Shown one piece after another: positions 12,466-23,373 of a stretch of DNA of 64,000 bases (position 1 is its first letter; each line of letters opens with the position of its first letter). Location of the stretch: contig CATNEN010000001.1 in assembly GCA_950097015.1 (NCBI GenBank), positions 5,952,001 through 6,016,000 on the forward strand, read 5' to 3'. The notes under the pieces are model-generated. The model made no database searches, had not been told where the DNA came from, and was given only the letters and a program-made list of their open reading frames with translations. Source of the DNA: Macrostomum hystrix (taxonomy: Eukaryota; Animalia; Platyhelminthes). The position numbers were made by a program, and so were the translations under genes.

Positions 12466-12594
12466 TTTAATATACATTAAGTAGCCTTATTAATTTTAAA
12501 GAACAAATTCTCGGAACAAAGAACATGTTTGGAGTTGCCTATTAGGCGACCATCGCGCATGTTCGATGTAGCCTAAGAATCGTCAACACGGCTG
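12466..12594 (-). mobile_element. Solo terminal arm of the hAT-like MITE family at 6807
   Basis: Near-exact reverse complement of 6807-6936, abutting the Helitron 3' CTAG. Confidence 0.85.
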
Positions 12595-13699
12595 GCATTA
12601 CAGATTTGAACACACACAGCACTAAATAACACATACAACACTTTTGTGTCAGCGGCTTAAATGACAAAATGACCCAGACTACTTTAGTGCCAAGGCCTCT
12701 CTTTTGAGACCAAAAAAGTAGACTAGACTTAGTCACTTCATCAACTCTTTTAATAATAAATTTGAAAAAATGTCAAATGACTAGCATGTGTTGCGATATA
12801 TAGAGTCAACACAGACAATAATGTCAAGCTAGGCCTAACTTGATCAGTTGGTTGCTAGTGCATCCATACTTATGCAAAACACTACAACCAACATGACTAT
12901 GTGTACCTATGTACCTGTTTCCCGACATATTCAGGTCCACATATTCAAAACAATCGCTCCCAATTTTTAACAAAAGCACCCCATCAAGTTGTCTTTTTCC
13001 TACAATTTTACCCAATTGATTAGCTTAAAATAAAATGAAATTTATTAAGCTCCGTGCTATGGTTCCCGATATACGTTCTTTCAAAATCTGCCTGGCGACG
13101 TCTGAATTTTTAATGGATTAAATCTCTTTAAAATTGTTTGCATTATTAAAGCTTATATTAAACTGCTGATTCCTCAAAAATGTGTGCCAGATTTTACGAG
13201 TCCTGGCTTTTTAAAGACATCACAAGTCTCAGAGGATGCTTTTTTCCCGAGTTATTCTCTTCTGAATCATGTTTTGCTGCAATTTCGTGCTTTTTGCTAA
13301 GGCTATCAATCTGTTTCAGACGCTACACCTGAGCATTAATCAGGAGCACAACAAAATTTTTGCTGCTTTCTAACGCATAACTCTGCTTTAAAACGACTGC
13401 TCCGGTGACGACCGAAGTAGTAGTATACTTCCTGAGATATTCACGCCTCAAGTTTGTTTCATAGTAGTTAGTCATAGTGCAGCCCTCTTCAAATGTGCAA
13501 TAAATTAAAGTGAACTCCATGAACACATTTACATATGTACCTTGACGAAACTTTAGCCCCAATTTTACGCACTCACAGGCTTTAAGATGGCACCTCGAAA
13601 AATCTAAAAGCTGCTGTGGCTTTTTAGGTATTTGACTTCAAAGTGTGTTCTACTTTATATGTTCTTACTTACTTATTGAAGTAAGAAACACGCGTGAAT

Positions 13700-13885
13700 G
13701 GTGAAGTATAAAGGTAAATTTCGAGGTACAAAACGATGAAAAGCATGATTTTTTACCTATGCTAAGTCGTAGTCATTTTTGGCTTTTGGCGATTGACTGC
13801 AAGGATAGAAAATGCATTTATCTTGACTCCTTGCGAAACTCCGACGTAAGACGACAAGCGTCACATCAAATATGTCTGCAGGTTA
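13700..13885 (+). pseudogene. Ulp1/C48 peptidase-like fragment
   Basis: Manual translation FLPMLSRSHFWLLAIDCKDRKCIYLDSL resembles the catalytic His...Asp segment of C48 proteases; flanked by stops. Confidence 0.4.
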
Positions 13886-14434
13886 AAGTGAGTTTTCCAC
13901 AAAGTAACGCTAAGGGCTACTGATTTTAAAAGGGCACAAACGGATCTTGTTCTTTTAAGTCCAACCCAAAAACAACGAAAATTTTTAGTGCTCTTCTGGC
14001 TTCGCCTGATGCTGCAATCATACGTGTATTATCTGATCTTGGAATTTCTGGCTTTATAGATGCAGCACACTTTTCTCTAATTTCCTGGATATGCACGCAG
14101 ACTGCAGCAGCGGAGAGTCCAAGACAAACAATCTGTTGGCCGCGGCGCTCTTAAATCGGCTAACAAAATAGGCATTAGAGCTAATGCAAATAATTTTAAA
14201 TGACGGACTTGCAAGGTGGATTTGATGTCACATGTTTTCGAGTTGCCATGTCGACCAGATCCCGTCTCCCCAATCCGATTGATGCCCGAACATTGCATAG
14301 CACCCGCTCCACCAGTCATTGGTCAATAAACTAAGCTCAAATTGCATAAAATTAGAGCCGTAGTTGCAAGACCAGCTCACTTCTCCATCTGACAGCCTCA
14401 GCTAAGACTTAAAGACTGCTCTAAACTGATTTTA

Positions 14435-16631
14435 ACAATATACCATTAATACCCATGCTTTAAGGGCGTTAATGGAAAATCAGAGGGCGCCGTCAGGCGC
14501 CCGAGGATTTTTCATTGACGCACGCAAAGCTTGGGTATCAATTTTATTGTACCATAGACGTTTTTGCCCAAGCTATACTTTCAGAGACAGATACAGGGGT
14601 GTGGGGGCAGAGCCCCCACTTCGGGGTGTGGGGGCGAAGCCCCCACCCACTACCATAGACTATTTTACTAGAAAGTCAAATCGTACGCTGAGCCTTGTTT
14701 CTCTCTCCTTTTCACCACTCAGCGGACCTTTATTCTATCTACAGTATCTCTCTCTCATTTCTTTCTCTCCCTCTTGGTGCGTGATAAGCTATGCCATAGA
14801 CTAAAACTGCACGAAGTCTGAACAAGTTGATGAGGGAAAGGAAAACTAAGGCTAGCTCAGAAATTTCTTTCCTTCAAATCTCCACTGAGCCATGATCAAC
14901 TACGACGGAATAGTGGAAGGCGAGATTGTAGGCTTGTCCACTGATGAATTGCGCTTCGTCACTGATGAATCGGTCAACCGCTCCGGAGATACTGCGATAT
15001 CTCAATTCACCGGACTCGTGACTCTCGACGCAAGCTTCGTCGAGCAGTTTATGCTGGGATTGTCAGATTATCCGGAGTTAAGCGAGAGCGACGTACAAGA
15101 GATTTCGAAATTGGAGAATGATTGCGCTGTGCGATCTACCGAGAAGCAGACCAGGATCTACTCTGAGAAGGTGAAGGCCTTTCTAGCTGAGCGAGGTTTG
15201 TCAACTGACCTCGAGAGCATGCCGCCAAGATACGTGTATCACTATCTCCGTTTGTTTTTCTCTACTCTCAAGAAGCCCGATGGCACTGCTTACAGTTGTA
15301 GCACACTTGTGTGCATAAGGGCTGCAATTCATCGTTTCCTACTGGAAAAGCGAGGTATGCCGCTCATTGGAAATCCGGATTTTTTTGAGCTGGATAAGAC
15401 CTTCAAAGCTGCCGTAACGTACTCGCTGAAGCAACCGACGTCTGTTGTTGGCGGTGAGGCCGGATATCCAGCAATAGACAGCGAGGACATGTCTAAGCTG
15501 CACGTGTACTTCACCAGAGCAGATCCAAAGAGGCTCCAGTATGAGGTGCTGTTTCTCATCGTGTTCCACTTTGGATTTAGAGGTCGGGAGTGGATCCGAG
15601 CTTTGATGAAAAATGACGTTATAGTGAAGCGACGCGACGGACATGTCGAATATATCGATTTAGTGAAGGAGAAGAAGGAGAAGAATGTTTCCGCCAAGAG
15701 TGCCAGCACCAGGAAGGAAATCGGTATCTTTCCGGTGAGCGATAAGGCCGTATGCCCCGTTGAGGCATTCACTCTCTACCTAGAGAAGCTTCCTAGCGAC
15801 AACCCGAACCTGTTCCCAAGACCGAGGGCCAACTGGACGGGCGGCGACTGGTTCTGCAGGAAGGAGGTCTTGGGTAAGAACATGCTCGCCGGATTTATGA
15901 AGGTTCTCTCCCAGGAAGCTGGTCTCGGTCGGTCGTACACAAATCACTGCATTCGTGCGACTACAATCACTACTCTGTCGGAGCAAGGCTTCAGTGCGGA
16001 ACAAATTCAGGCCGTCTCGAGGCACAAGAGACTGGAGAACGTGATCCGGTACACCAAGCGAGTGTCAATGGATCAAAAGCGTCTACTGTCAACGTCCATG
16101 ACTTCTGGCTTGCACGGAAGCACCAGCACGCTAGAAGAAGCAACTCCCGCTAAGCGGATCACTGCAGAGCAGGATAAGACATTGCAGGCAAGCGACATAG
16201 CGGCCAGAGAACCCACGATTGTCCTGGAGAAAAACGGGGTAAAGTGTTCGATCTACTTGTAACGTGCTTTGAGCCATGACTGCGACATTGACGGCTTTGA
16301 TTTACCGATTGTTTTTTACCAATTTACCGATTTACCGAAGTACCGAAAGTACTACGCTTGTTCGTAATTTTTATTGTTGAAAGCCTAAATGTCTATCATT
16401 GTTGAACTCCAAAGCTACCTGCTTTACAATGCACTATTGTTTCACGATTTCTGTCTGGAAAAAAATCGGGCAGATAATTACATTATCCGCCCGCAATTTG
16501 CGGGCAGTTAATGACGTTTGCACCATAGAGTAGACTTCGACGCATCTTTATTAAAAGCGGGCTTTAATGTAGTCTATGATATTATCGGGCAGGATTAAGT
16601 GCCCGCCGGGCAAAAAGGTCATGGTACAATA
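14435..16631 (+). mobile_element. Crypton-type tyrosine-recombinase DNA transposon, apparently full length
   Basis: 6-bp terminal direct repeat ACAATA (14435-14440, 16626-16631), about 90-bp hairpin 14449-14538, 24-bp inverted repeat 14545-14569 / 16608-16631, single intact YR ORF. Confidence 0.85.
14892..16262 (+). CDS. Crypton tyrosine recombinase (DUF3504 / KCTD1-ZMYM-QRICH1-related fold), 456 aa, intronless
   Basis: KKPDGTAYS..TL..IRAAIHRFL N-terminal domain; catalytic set R (FGFRGRE), HxxR (TNHCIRAT), H (SRHK), Y (VIRY); CPV..F..YL and LGKN motifs. Confidence 0.92.
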   Translation: MINYDGIVEGEIVGLSTDELRFVTDESVNRSGDTAISQFTGLVTLDASFVEQFMLGLSDYPELSESDVQEISKLENDCAVRSTEKQTRIYSEKVKAFLAERGLSTDLESMPPRYVYHYLRLFFSTLKKPDGTAYSCSTLVCIRAAIHRFLLEKRGMPLIGNPDFFELDKTFKAAVTYSLKQPTSVVGGEAGYPAIDSEDMSKLHVYFTRADPKRLQYEVLFLIVFHFGFRGREWIRALMKNDVIVKRRDGHVEYIDLVKEKKEKNVSAKSASTRKEIGIFPVSDKAVCPVEAFTLYLEKLPSDNPNLFPRPRANWTGGDWFCRKEVLGKNMLAGFMKVLSQEAGLGRSYTNHCIRATTITTLSEQGFSAEQIQAVSRHKRLENVIRYTKRVSMDQKRLLSTSMTSGLHGSTSTLEEATPAKRITAEQDKTLQASDIAAREPTIVLEKNGVKCSIYL

Positions 16632-16634
16632 GCA

Positions 16635-17945
16635 ATGCATCTCAAAGCACTGGCTACTTTGCTACTTGTTCACACAAGGTGTAAGTATCAGAGAATCAGT
16701 TCTCAGACTGTGCTCATTCAGGCAGCTCATTTTTAGTCTCATTCAGTCATCCACCAACCTTCGTCTGTTTCAGTGACGGGCGCTGCGAGCAGCGGCTCCA
16801 CATTCAAGGTGGGAGAGAGCGGGACCATCGTTATCAACGCTTCAGTGAGCAGCAGCCTGTTTGAGTCGAGTGCTCATTGTGAAAGCCAGTGCCTGACATT
16901 GTGCGAGGCGAGAGGCTGTGCTGTCGTCGCGTTCAACAAGACAAAGCGGATCTGCCAGCAGGTTGTCATCAATGACAATTCGTCGGGCCCGCTGGGTCCA
17001 GATACAATGCGGCTCGGCTCGCCTGATAAAGAGTCGGTCATTTTGTGGAAGGCGGCGGACTTTGAGCCACAGCTTCAAGCCCGAGCTGCAACTGCATTTG
17101 TGTTGCGAAGTGAGTAAAAGCTAGCGAGAATCAAAAACATGTTGTGGCACCCATCCACATACAGAGTTGGTGCGAATTGAAAACCATCCTTTTCAGTCAA
17201 ATCAAAAATTTTTGTGCGAATCTCCCTCCATAAACCGAATCTTGAAAAATGATTTATTACATTAGCGCTAATTAATTAAGGTGGATCGCAGGCAAACCTA
17301 AATTCTGTCACACAGATTCGTGTAATAAAAAAGGCAAAGAAAGCAGTTTACAGGCAAAAAAACAAATAATTACCCACCTCTCTACCTCAGGATCCAACTC
17401 AGGACTTTTACGCAGGTAGCGGCGGTGTCGGAGGGCAGCCAGGCCTTGTGCCACCCAACTGGCACCCAGACTACCCTGGCGTCATCTGCGGCGGCCCCGG
17501 TGCCGGCTGGAACAGCTCGGCTGTCCCGTGCAACTACTCCGACTTCGCAGGTCCCGGCCTTAGCCGCATCGACGGCTGGCTCGGCGGCGCCATCAACCCC
17601 TCCTGCTTCAGCGGCGACGGCGGCTTCGGAGGAGGCAGCGCCGGTGGAGGCTGCTGCACGCGAATGATGATGGGCTCTGTAACGCGCTAAAATTGGGCAA
17701 CGAACCTCGCGCTGGCAGACCGAGACCGGTTTCTGGCTTGTTTGCCTTCGTCAGTCAGCCATAGCCACACGCAGTCCTCTCCCACCACTCTTGGTGTGCA
17801 CAGAAGTCTCTTTTAAGCTTGCCATTTTTATGGCGATATTTTTTAGTGTTATGTGAGAGTTTTGCAGCCAAGTCTTTGATTTTCTACTGTCAGTAGTCTG
17901 AATTGCATCTCTCACAGGCTTCAGCGGTGGAGGTTCCTCATCCAA
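16635..17945 (+). pseudogene. Decayed paralogue of the secreted PAN + glycine-rich-domain gene
   Basis: Exon 16635-16680 (MHLKALATLLLVH), exon 16774-17109 (PAN), Gly-rich exon about 17391-17678 plus a GFSGGG remnant at 17917. Middle exon absent, 3' exon interrupted, SINE at the 3' end, Crypton in the 5' flank. Confidence 0.75.
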
Positions 17946-17959
17946 TCATAAACATGGCA

Positions 17960-18248
17960 GAATGTGGCAGAATGTGTTTGGTCTAATGTGTTTGCCACTC
18001 GTGCCAAGATCCCTGAGCTCGATTCCGCGGCCAAGCCACATTAATTTGGGACGCAGCCGCGGAGAGAAGGCTTGGGGGCTTGTCGGGCAATTTACGCCCT
18101 TGAGGGCCAACCTCCAAGGCAATCTGAAAGTGTACACTGCCTGACGATGAGAAAGTCAAGGCAGATGTGCACACCTGTGAGAGTGTGTGCCTGAGCCCTG
18201 CGTACGCCATCTCAGTGCGTGTGTCTAGAATTACCTCATATTATTGTT
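17960..18248 (+). mobile_element. tRNA-derived SINE family A, partial copy
   Basis: High similarity to 34270-34629 (gagctcgattcc box B, cagccgcggagagaaggcttgggggc). Confidence 0.85.
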
Positions 18249-19205
18249 TTTTACCAAACTCTCTTGCATGCTTGAAACAGTTTCATCACATCTTTGGTTG
18301 GGACAAAAAAACTAACTTTGGTTGTTGTGCCAAGTTCATAAGTTTTTGCCCTAGAATGAGGCACAAACGTCAAGAAACGACAGCCCTACCCAAAATAAAA
18401 ATTCAGCAAACACCGACGTAAAATACCTTGCTTTTTAAAGCCACGAACCAGGACAGTTTTATTGAGCTGAGAAGATATTTAAAATGGGATCTTGCACAGA
18501 GGTTACTAAATACTCAGATTTCGTATTTTTTTAGTCCCTGCTGAACTCTGTCTCGGATCTCTTGGCGGATTTTTCAGAGTGCGTCACTTAGCCTCAGACG
18601 CACGCAGCACCAGACCAGGCCAGGATTATTTTAATACTAGCTTTCCCACTTTCTTAAAACAATAAACATATTTTTTCCATTTTCTCATCTTGCATAGAGC
18701 TGTACGAATATTTGCTTGAAAAATCTATAAAAGCTAGATGGAGGTAGCTCAAATAGAAAGAAAGGCAGCGAAAGTAAGGGATAAATTAATTTGCCTAACG
18801 ATAGGTCATAAATTTGCTTTTGTCATCATTTATGCAAGCTATCTTCATGTACAGATCTTCTTCACTGTTTTGCTATTTTCCTACTTATTTTAATCCCAGC
18901 TTTTCCTGACTATCTTCTTCGATTCATTTTGTTCCAGCTCAACAATGATTGACAGGTTGCACCTAAATTCCGCATCATCATCTTGTTAGTGCCTAACATG
19001 CTTGTTTGGAAGAATCTTATGCAGAAAAGCTTTATCACATCATGAAGCCTGTGGTAGCTCCTAACTCATGGATGCTTCCTTCCAGACTCCTCGGCAACAG
19101 TCTCTGGGGCGTGTCACAGCCTCTTCAACTCAATCCACATAAGATCAGCTTCTCCTGACAGCAGTGAATCAAGTGTCAATTGACACAAGCTATCAATCAA
19201 TAGTA

Positions 19206-19687
19206 ACTGCGCTCATAGGAACTGCGCTCATAGGAACTGCGCTCATAGGAACTGCGCTCATAGGAACTGCGCTCATAGGAACTGCGCTCATAGGAACTGC
19301 GCTCATAGGAACTGCGCTCATAGGAACTGCGCTCATAGGAACTGCGCTCATAGGAACTGCGCTCATAGGAACTGCGCTCATAGGAACTGCGCTCATAGGA
19401 ACTGCGCTCATAGGAACTGCGCTCATAGGAACTGCGCTCATAGGAACTGCGCTCATAGGAACTGCGCTCATAGGAACTGCGCTCATAGGAACTGCGCTCA
19501 TAGGAACTGCGCTCATAGGAACTGCGCTCATAGGAACTGCGCTCATAGGAACTGCGCTCATAGGAACTGCGCTCATAGGAACTGCGCTCATAGGAACTGC
19601 GCTCATAGGAACTGCGCTCATAGGAACTGCGCTCATAGGAACTGCGCTCATAGGAACTGCGCTCATAGGAACTGCGCTCATAGGAAC
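19206..19687. repeat. Perfect 15-bp tandem array (actgcgctcatagga), about 32 copies
   Basis: No variant units seen; followed immediately by a hairpin at 19689-19749. Confidence 0.97.
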
Positions 19688-20411
19688 ATGCAGCCACGAC
19701 CATAGACACTCGTGCGCTAACGCGCACTCGTGCCTAGGTCGTTGTCGCACGCATATATTCCTCGTGTTGAAGACAAAAAACTCAGAACAGTAAATAAAAC
19801 TCGAAAAAAAACTTCAAGAGATAAACGGCAGAAAAAAACATGCTGTTGAAAAAATTCACATTACTTTAGTTAAGCAGCCACTTCAGGATTTCCGCTGATG
19901 AAGCTGAGCTCCGGATTCAACCCAGCAAAATGCTAAAGTAGAGTAAAAAAGCTAAGTACTTGTGGTCCTTGGTCCACATATTCCAGGTCCCTGGTCCTCT
20001 TTGCTACATCTGCCGGGGCTTCGGTTGCAACTTTTGGCATGAATAAATCTACGAGTAGAAAACTGACTTTAATTTGCTGTCAATATCGTCTATTGACAAT
20101 CAAATCAAAGGCACATAGTCTATTAGACCGTACATGCCGCTGTGGACAAAGGAACCTGGGCTTTACAAAATGAACCAACTTCTTCGATATATGGGTGTGC
20201 CCTGTAGAATTTATATTTCGCTAGATCAAGCTTCCACAATACGGATGGATCATTGCTTAATTATTGCATTTAGAAAACCTGCACCAGACTATCGACCAGC
20301 AATCCTGCTACTGAAATACGATCCACCGGATACTTTCACTTCTTTTTAACGATAGCAGTTATTGAAAGAGGTCAAAGACGTCCTCACAATCGTTGGCGCA
20401 AACGTCTAATT

Positions 20412-20875
20412 CAGGGGTCGGCAAACTCCGGCCCGCGGGCCAGATGCGGCCCTCAAAGCTCCCAAATCTGGCCCGTTGCCCCTTCCGACACCTATTGTAT
20501 ACAGTTTCATCTTTCCCCTGCCTCATCTCTCCCCTGTGTCACCTCTCCGTGTCTTGTCTCTCCATTGTCTCGTCTCTCCCGTGTCTCATCTATCCAGTGT
20601 CTCATCTATCCAGTGTCTCATCTCGCCATTGTCTCGTCTCTCCCGTACCTTATCTCTCCTTTGTCTCATCTATCTCGTGTCTCATCTCTCTCGTGTCTCA
20701 TCTCTCCTTTGTCTCATCTCTCTCGTGTCTCATCTCTTCTCTCTCTCATCTCTCCTGTTTCTTATCTCTCCCCTATCTCTGATATATTTCTCTTAGATTT
20801 CTACAGTCTGCGCGGCCCCTGTCGTCCTTTAGGTTCTCTTTTTGGCCCGCTAGCTAATAAGTTCGCCGACCCCTG
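20412..20875. mobile_element. hAT (Charlie-like) MITE with an internal CT-rich repeat
   Basis: TIR caggggtcggcaaact / agttcgccgacccctg, 8-bp TSD gtctaatt, subterminal cggcccgcgggcc. Confidence 0.9.
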
Positions 20876-21893
20876 GTCTAATTCAACGAGCTGAACCCAG
20901 AATGTCGCCTCCACAATGCAAGCAATGGTCTAGTCGAGGAAGACCTCGCATGCTCCGCGTGCCGGGTGACGTCGATTGATCGCATACATGCACTCTGACA
21001 GAATTGCTCCTTCAGCAAGCGAACAAGACGACTCAGCGCACGCTGGAATTACACCCATTACTCTTACATATAGCATAAATGCTTTTCGATCAGTTCCTAA
21101 ACATTGTGGCGTTTCGGAACTCTTGCTGTCAACTTGCTTATAATTCGCTTAATTTGGGAGAGTTCAATGATGTCGCCAACGCTACTCTGTTGGACTCGAA
21201 AATCAACCCTTCCATCAACCCTTGCTGGACTCGAAAATCACTCGAGAATGAGAATTTGAGTCAGTTTCCAGACCTGAGAAATTATCCCGAATACATTTGC
21301 ACTGTCAGGAGCATGAAAACGTTTTAGCTTTCGGTTGGAGAAATGATTTGAGGATTTGAGATCTGAGGACCTTATGAATGCACTGATACAAAGCTACGGC
21401 TCGTAAGTACCTGTTGTTGAACACGTGGACTCGTAATATGACATCAAAAGAGGAACCAACCAGAGTTTACACCTGAAAATACAGATGAATCCAAAGTATT
21501 GCGTGTATTCTGAGAAGGCACGTTTATAGAACTGAAAGCAGTACGCTATGTACATTGTCTAAGATGTCAAAAGCGAAACGAGGAACTCTTCATACTCTTA
21601 ACGATGGTATACCCTCAGAAGGCTTGTACACTCGTATATTATTCTAATTTATTCTCTCGAAATGTCTTCTCCTAAATCGCAGCAGTCAATCATTAACATT
21701 CTATCACTGTTTAAGAGAACCCTGATTGGATTTACAACTCCAGTAATAATGTTTTAATCAGGCAACAGAGCGTCTGAAGGATTGCATTTTTTTCTTGCAA
21801 TAATCTTGGCCATTCATTTTCGCACGCAAATCCGAATCAGTAGCTTGTCTTATAAATCGTTTCAGTCACTGTAGCAAAGGTTACCATGCAGAC

Positions 21894-23373
21894 TCAGACG
21901 CATGCGGCGCCAGTACTGGCAAGCAGCACACGACCCTGCAGCTCTGAGTTGCCTCCTGCGATGATGACGCAACCGATGCCGCTGCAGTAGGAGCCGCCAC
22001 CGCCTCCACCAGCGGCCGAAATAGATGAGGCGCCTCCTCCGCTGAAGCCACCGCCGCCTCCGCTTGCACCCAGCCTTAAACCGTCACAACAGCCGCCGCC
22101 GGCGCCGCCTCCTCCGTAGCCGCCATCACCCGTCAAGCAGGAGGACTTTCGGGCCCCGCCGAGCCAGCCGTCAATGCGGCTCAGACCGGCGCCTCCGAAG
22201 TTGGAGTAGTTGCATGGAACAGCCGAGCCGTTCCAGCCGGCGCCAGGACCGCCACACGAGTTGTCAGGGTACCTGTTTGAGGACACAAGGCCCGGCTGTC
22301 CTCCGAATCCTCCACGGCCCGTGGAGTCTGGGGTCAGAGAACTCGTGTCCGAGCCGTTTTTTTCGTTGCTCCCATCCATGCCTTAGAAGAGGCAAATAGT
22401 GCTTAAAGATAGTCAACGACTGGCTAGAACTCAAGTCCACCATACAAAGAAGAATGAAATGGTGGACTTATAGCTGTCGTATCGCTCAAAACATTTTTTC
22501 TGCAGGCTAAATTAATCACATTTAGTCCATCGTCTCAGGCTCACCATTAAAAATACTTGAACTTCCTCCGCCTCCGCCTACAGCCAGGAGCAGCTCTGAG
22601 CTGGTTCCGTTTGTGACGTATACAAAGCTGCCGCCGCCTCCGCCTGCTCCGAACAAACATGTCGAGTCACCACCAGCGTGTCCGACCACAATCTCCAGTC
22701 GAGTACCGGCGACGAGGCTGAAGCAGCCGGCTGCTAAAGCGCCCCTACCGGGTCGACTCAGGGCATCTATGTTTGGAAACACATTGCCGCCAGCGGCACC
22801 GAAGGCCTCGATGCGGTAGCAGCCGGTGGCGTTGATGCTCACGCTCTGCACGACTCCAAGCCTTCCAGTGCCGCTGTCTGGAACAGCAGACAGTTGCACA
22901 TCAATCAGACTTATTGCCTTTCAGCTACAGAAAACTCTTATAGTCATGAGATTCAGAGGCTTCTTACTTTTAAACACTAGAGCAGATGGTACTTGAGTCC
23001 TGAGCTGCAGCTCAAGGTTCTCCAACTTCCACAACGTCGAGGAGCCATCTTGGGGCAAGCTCAGGAGCCTTGTCACGTGATTTCCATCCGGACTTTGCTC
23101 ATTGTTGATGTTGAACAGCTGGCAACCTCGGCTGGTCTTGTTGAACATGGCGACGGCGCATGAGCTCTGTCGGCAGCGGATCAGGCATTCCAGATCGGAG
23201 GCGACGCCAGACTCGTTGAGTACTCTGCTGCTCAATGAGGTGTTGATCTGGATAGACTCATTCACTATCACGAGCTGGTATCGCCGACAATGGCCGCTGC
23301 TCTCGGCGACCTTCACTGAAGCAGGTGCAGGTATGCGAACAAGCAGCAGGGCAATTAGTGCTTTGAGATGCAT
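21894..23373 (-). CDS. Secreted PAN/Apple + ALK/LTK-type glycine-rich-domain protein, about 408 aa
   Basis: Exons 23373-22968, 22877-22545, 22381-21894 (GT-AG, phase 1). Signal peptide; PAN cysteines (CLIRCRQSSC..FN..SRGCQL); YRIEAFGAAGG, GRGA, LEIVVG, GGGGGSFV, GGYGGGG, GGGGGFSGG, GGGGGSY, G.V motifs; no TM or kinase. Confidence 0.82.

Noticed and set aside
15329-16025. Antisense ORFs within the recombinase (likewise those opposite the lectin, TRIM and AIP3 exons)
   Set aside because: Shadow frames of real coding sequence.
14892-16262. Phage integrase, bacterial contamination, or a domesticated KCTD1/ZMYM gene
   Set aside because: Motifs are of the eukaryotic Crypton type, element termini are present, and there is no BTB or MYM domain.
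17679-17917. GT-AG intron rescuing the plus-strand glycine-rich exon
   Set aside because: Splicing would shift the frame relative to the intact paralogue.
19164-19793. Long repetitive ORFs (IGTAL, MSAVP, SSYER)
   Set aside because: Stop-free frames of a 15-bp DNA repeat; no evidence of coding.
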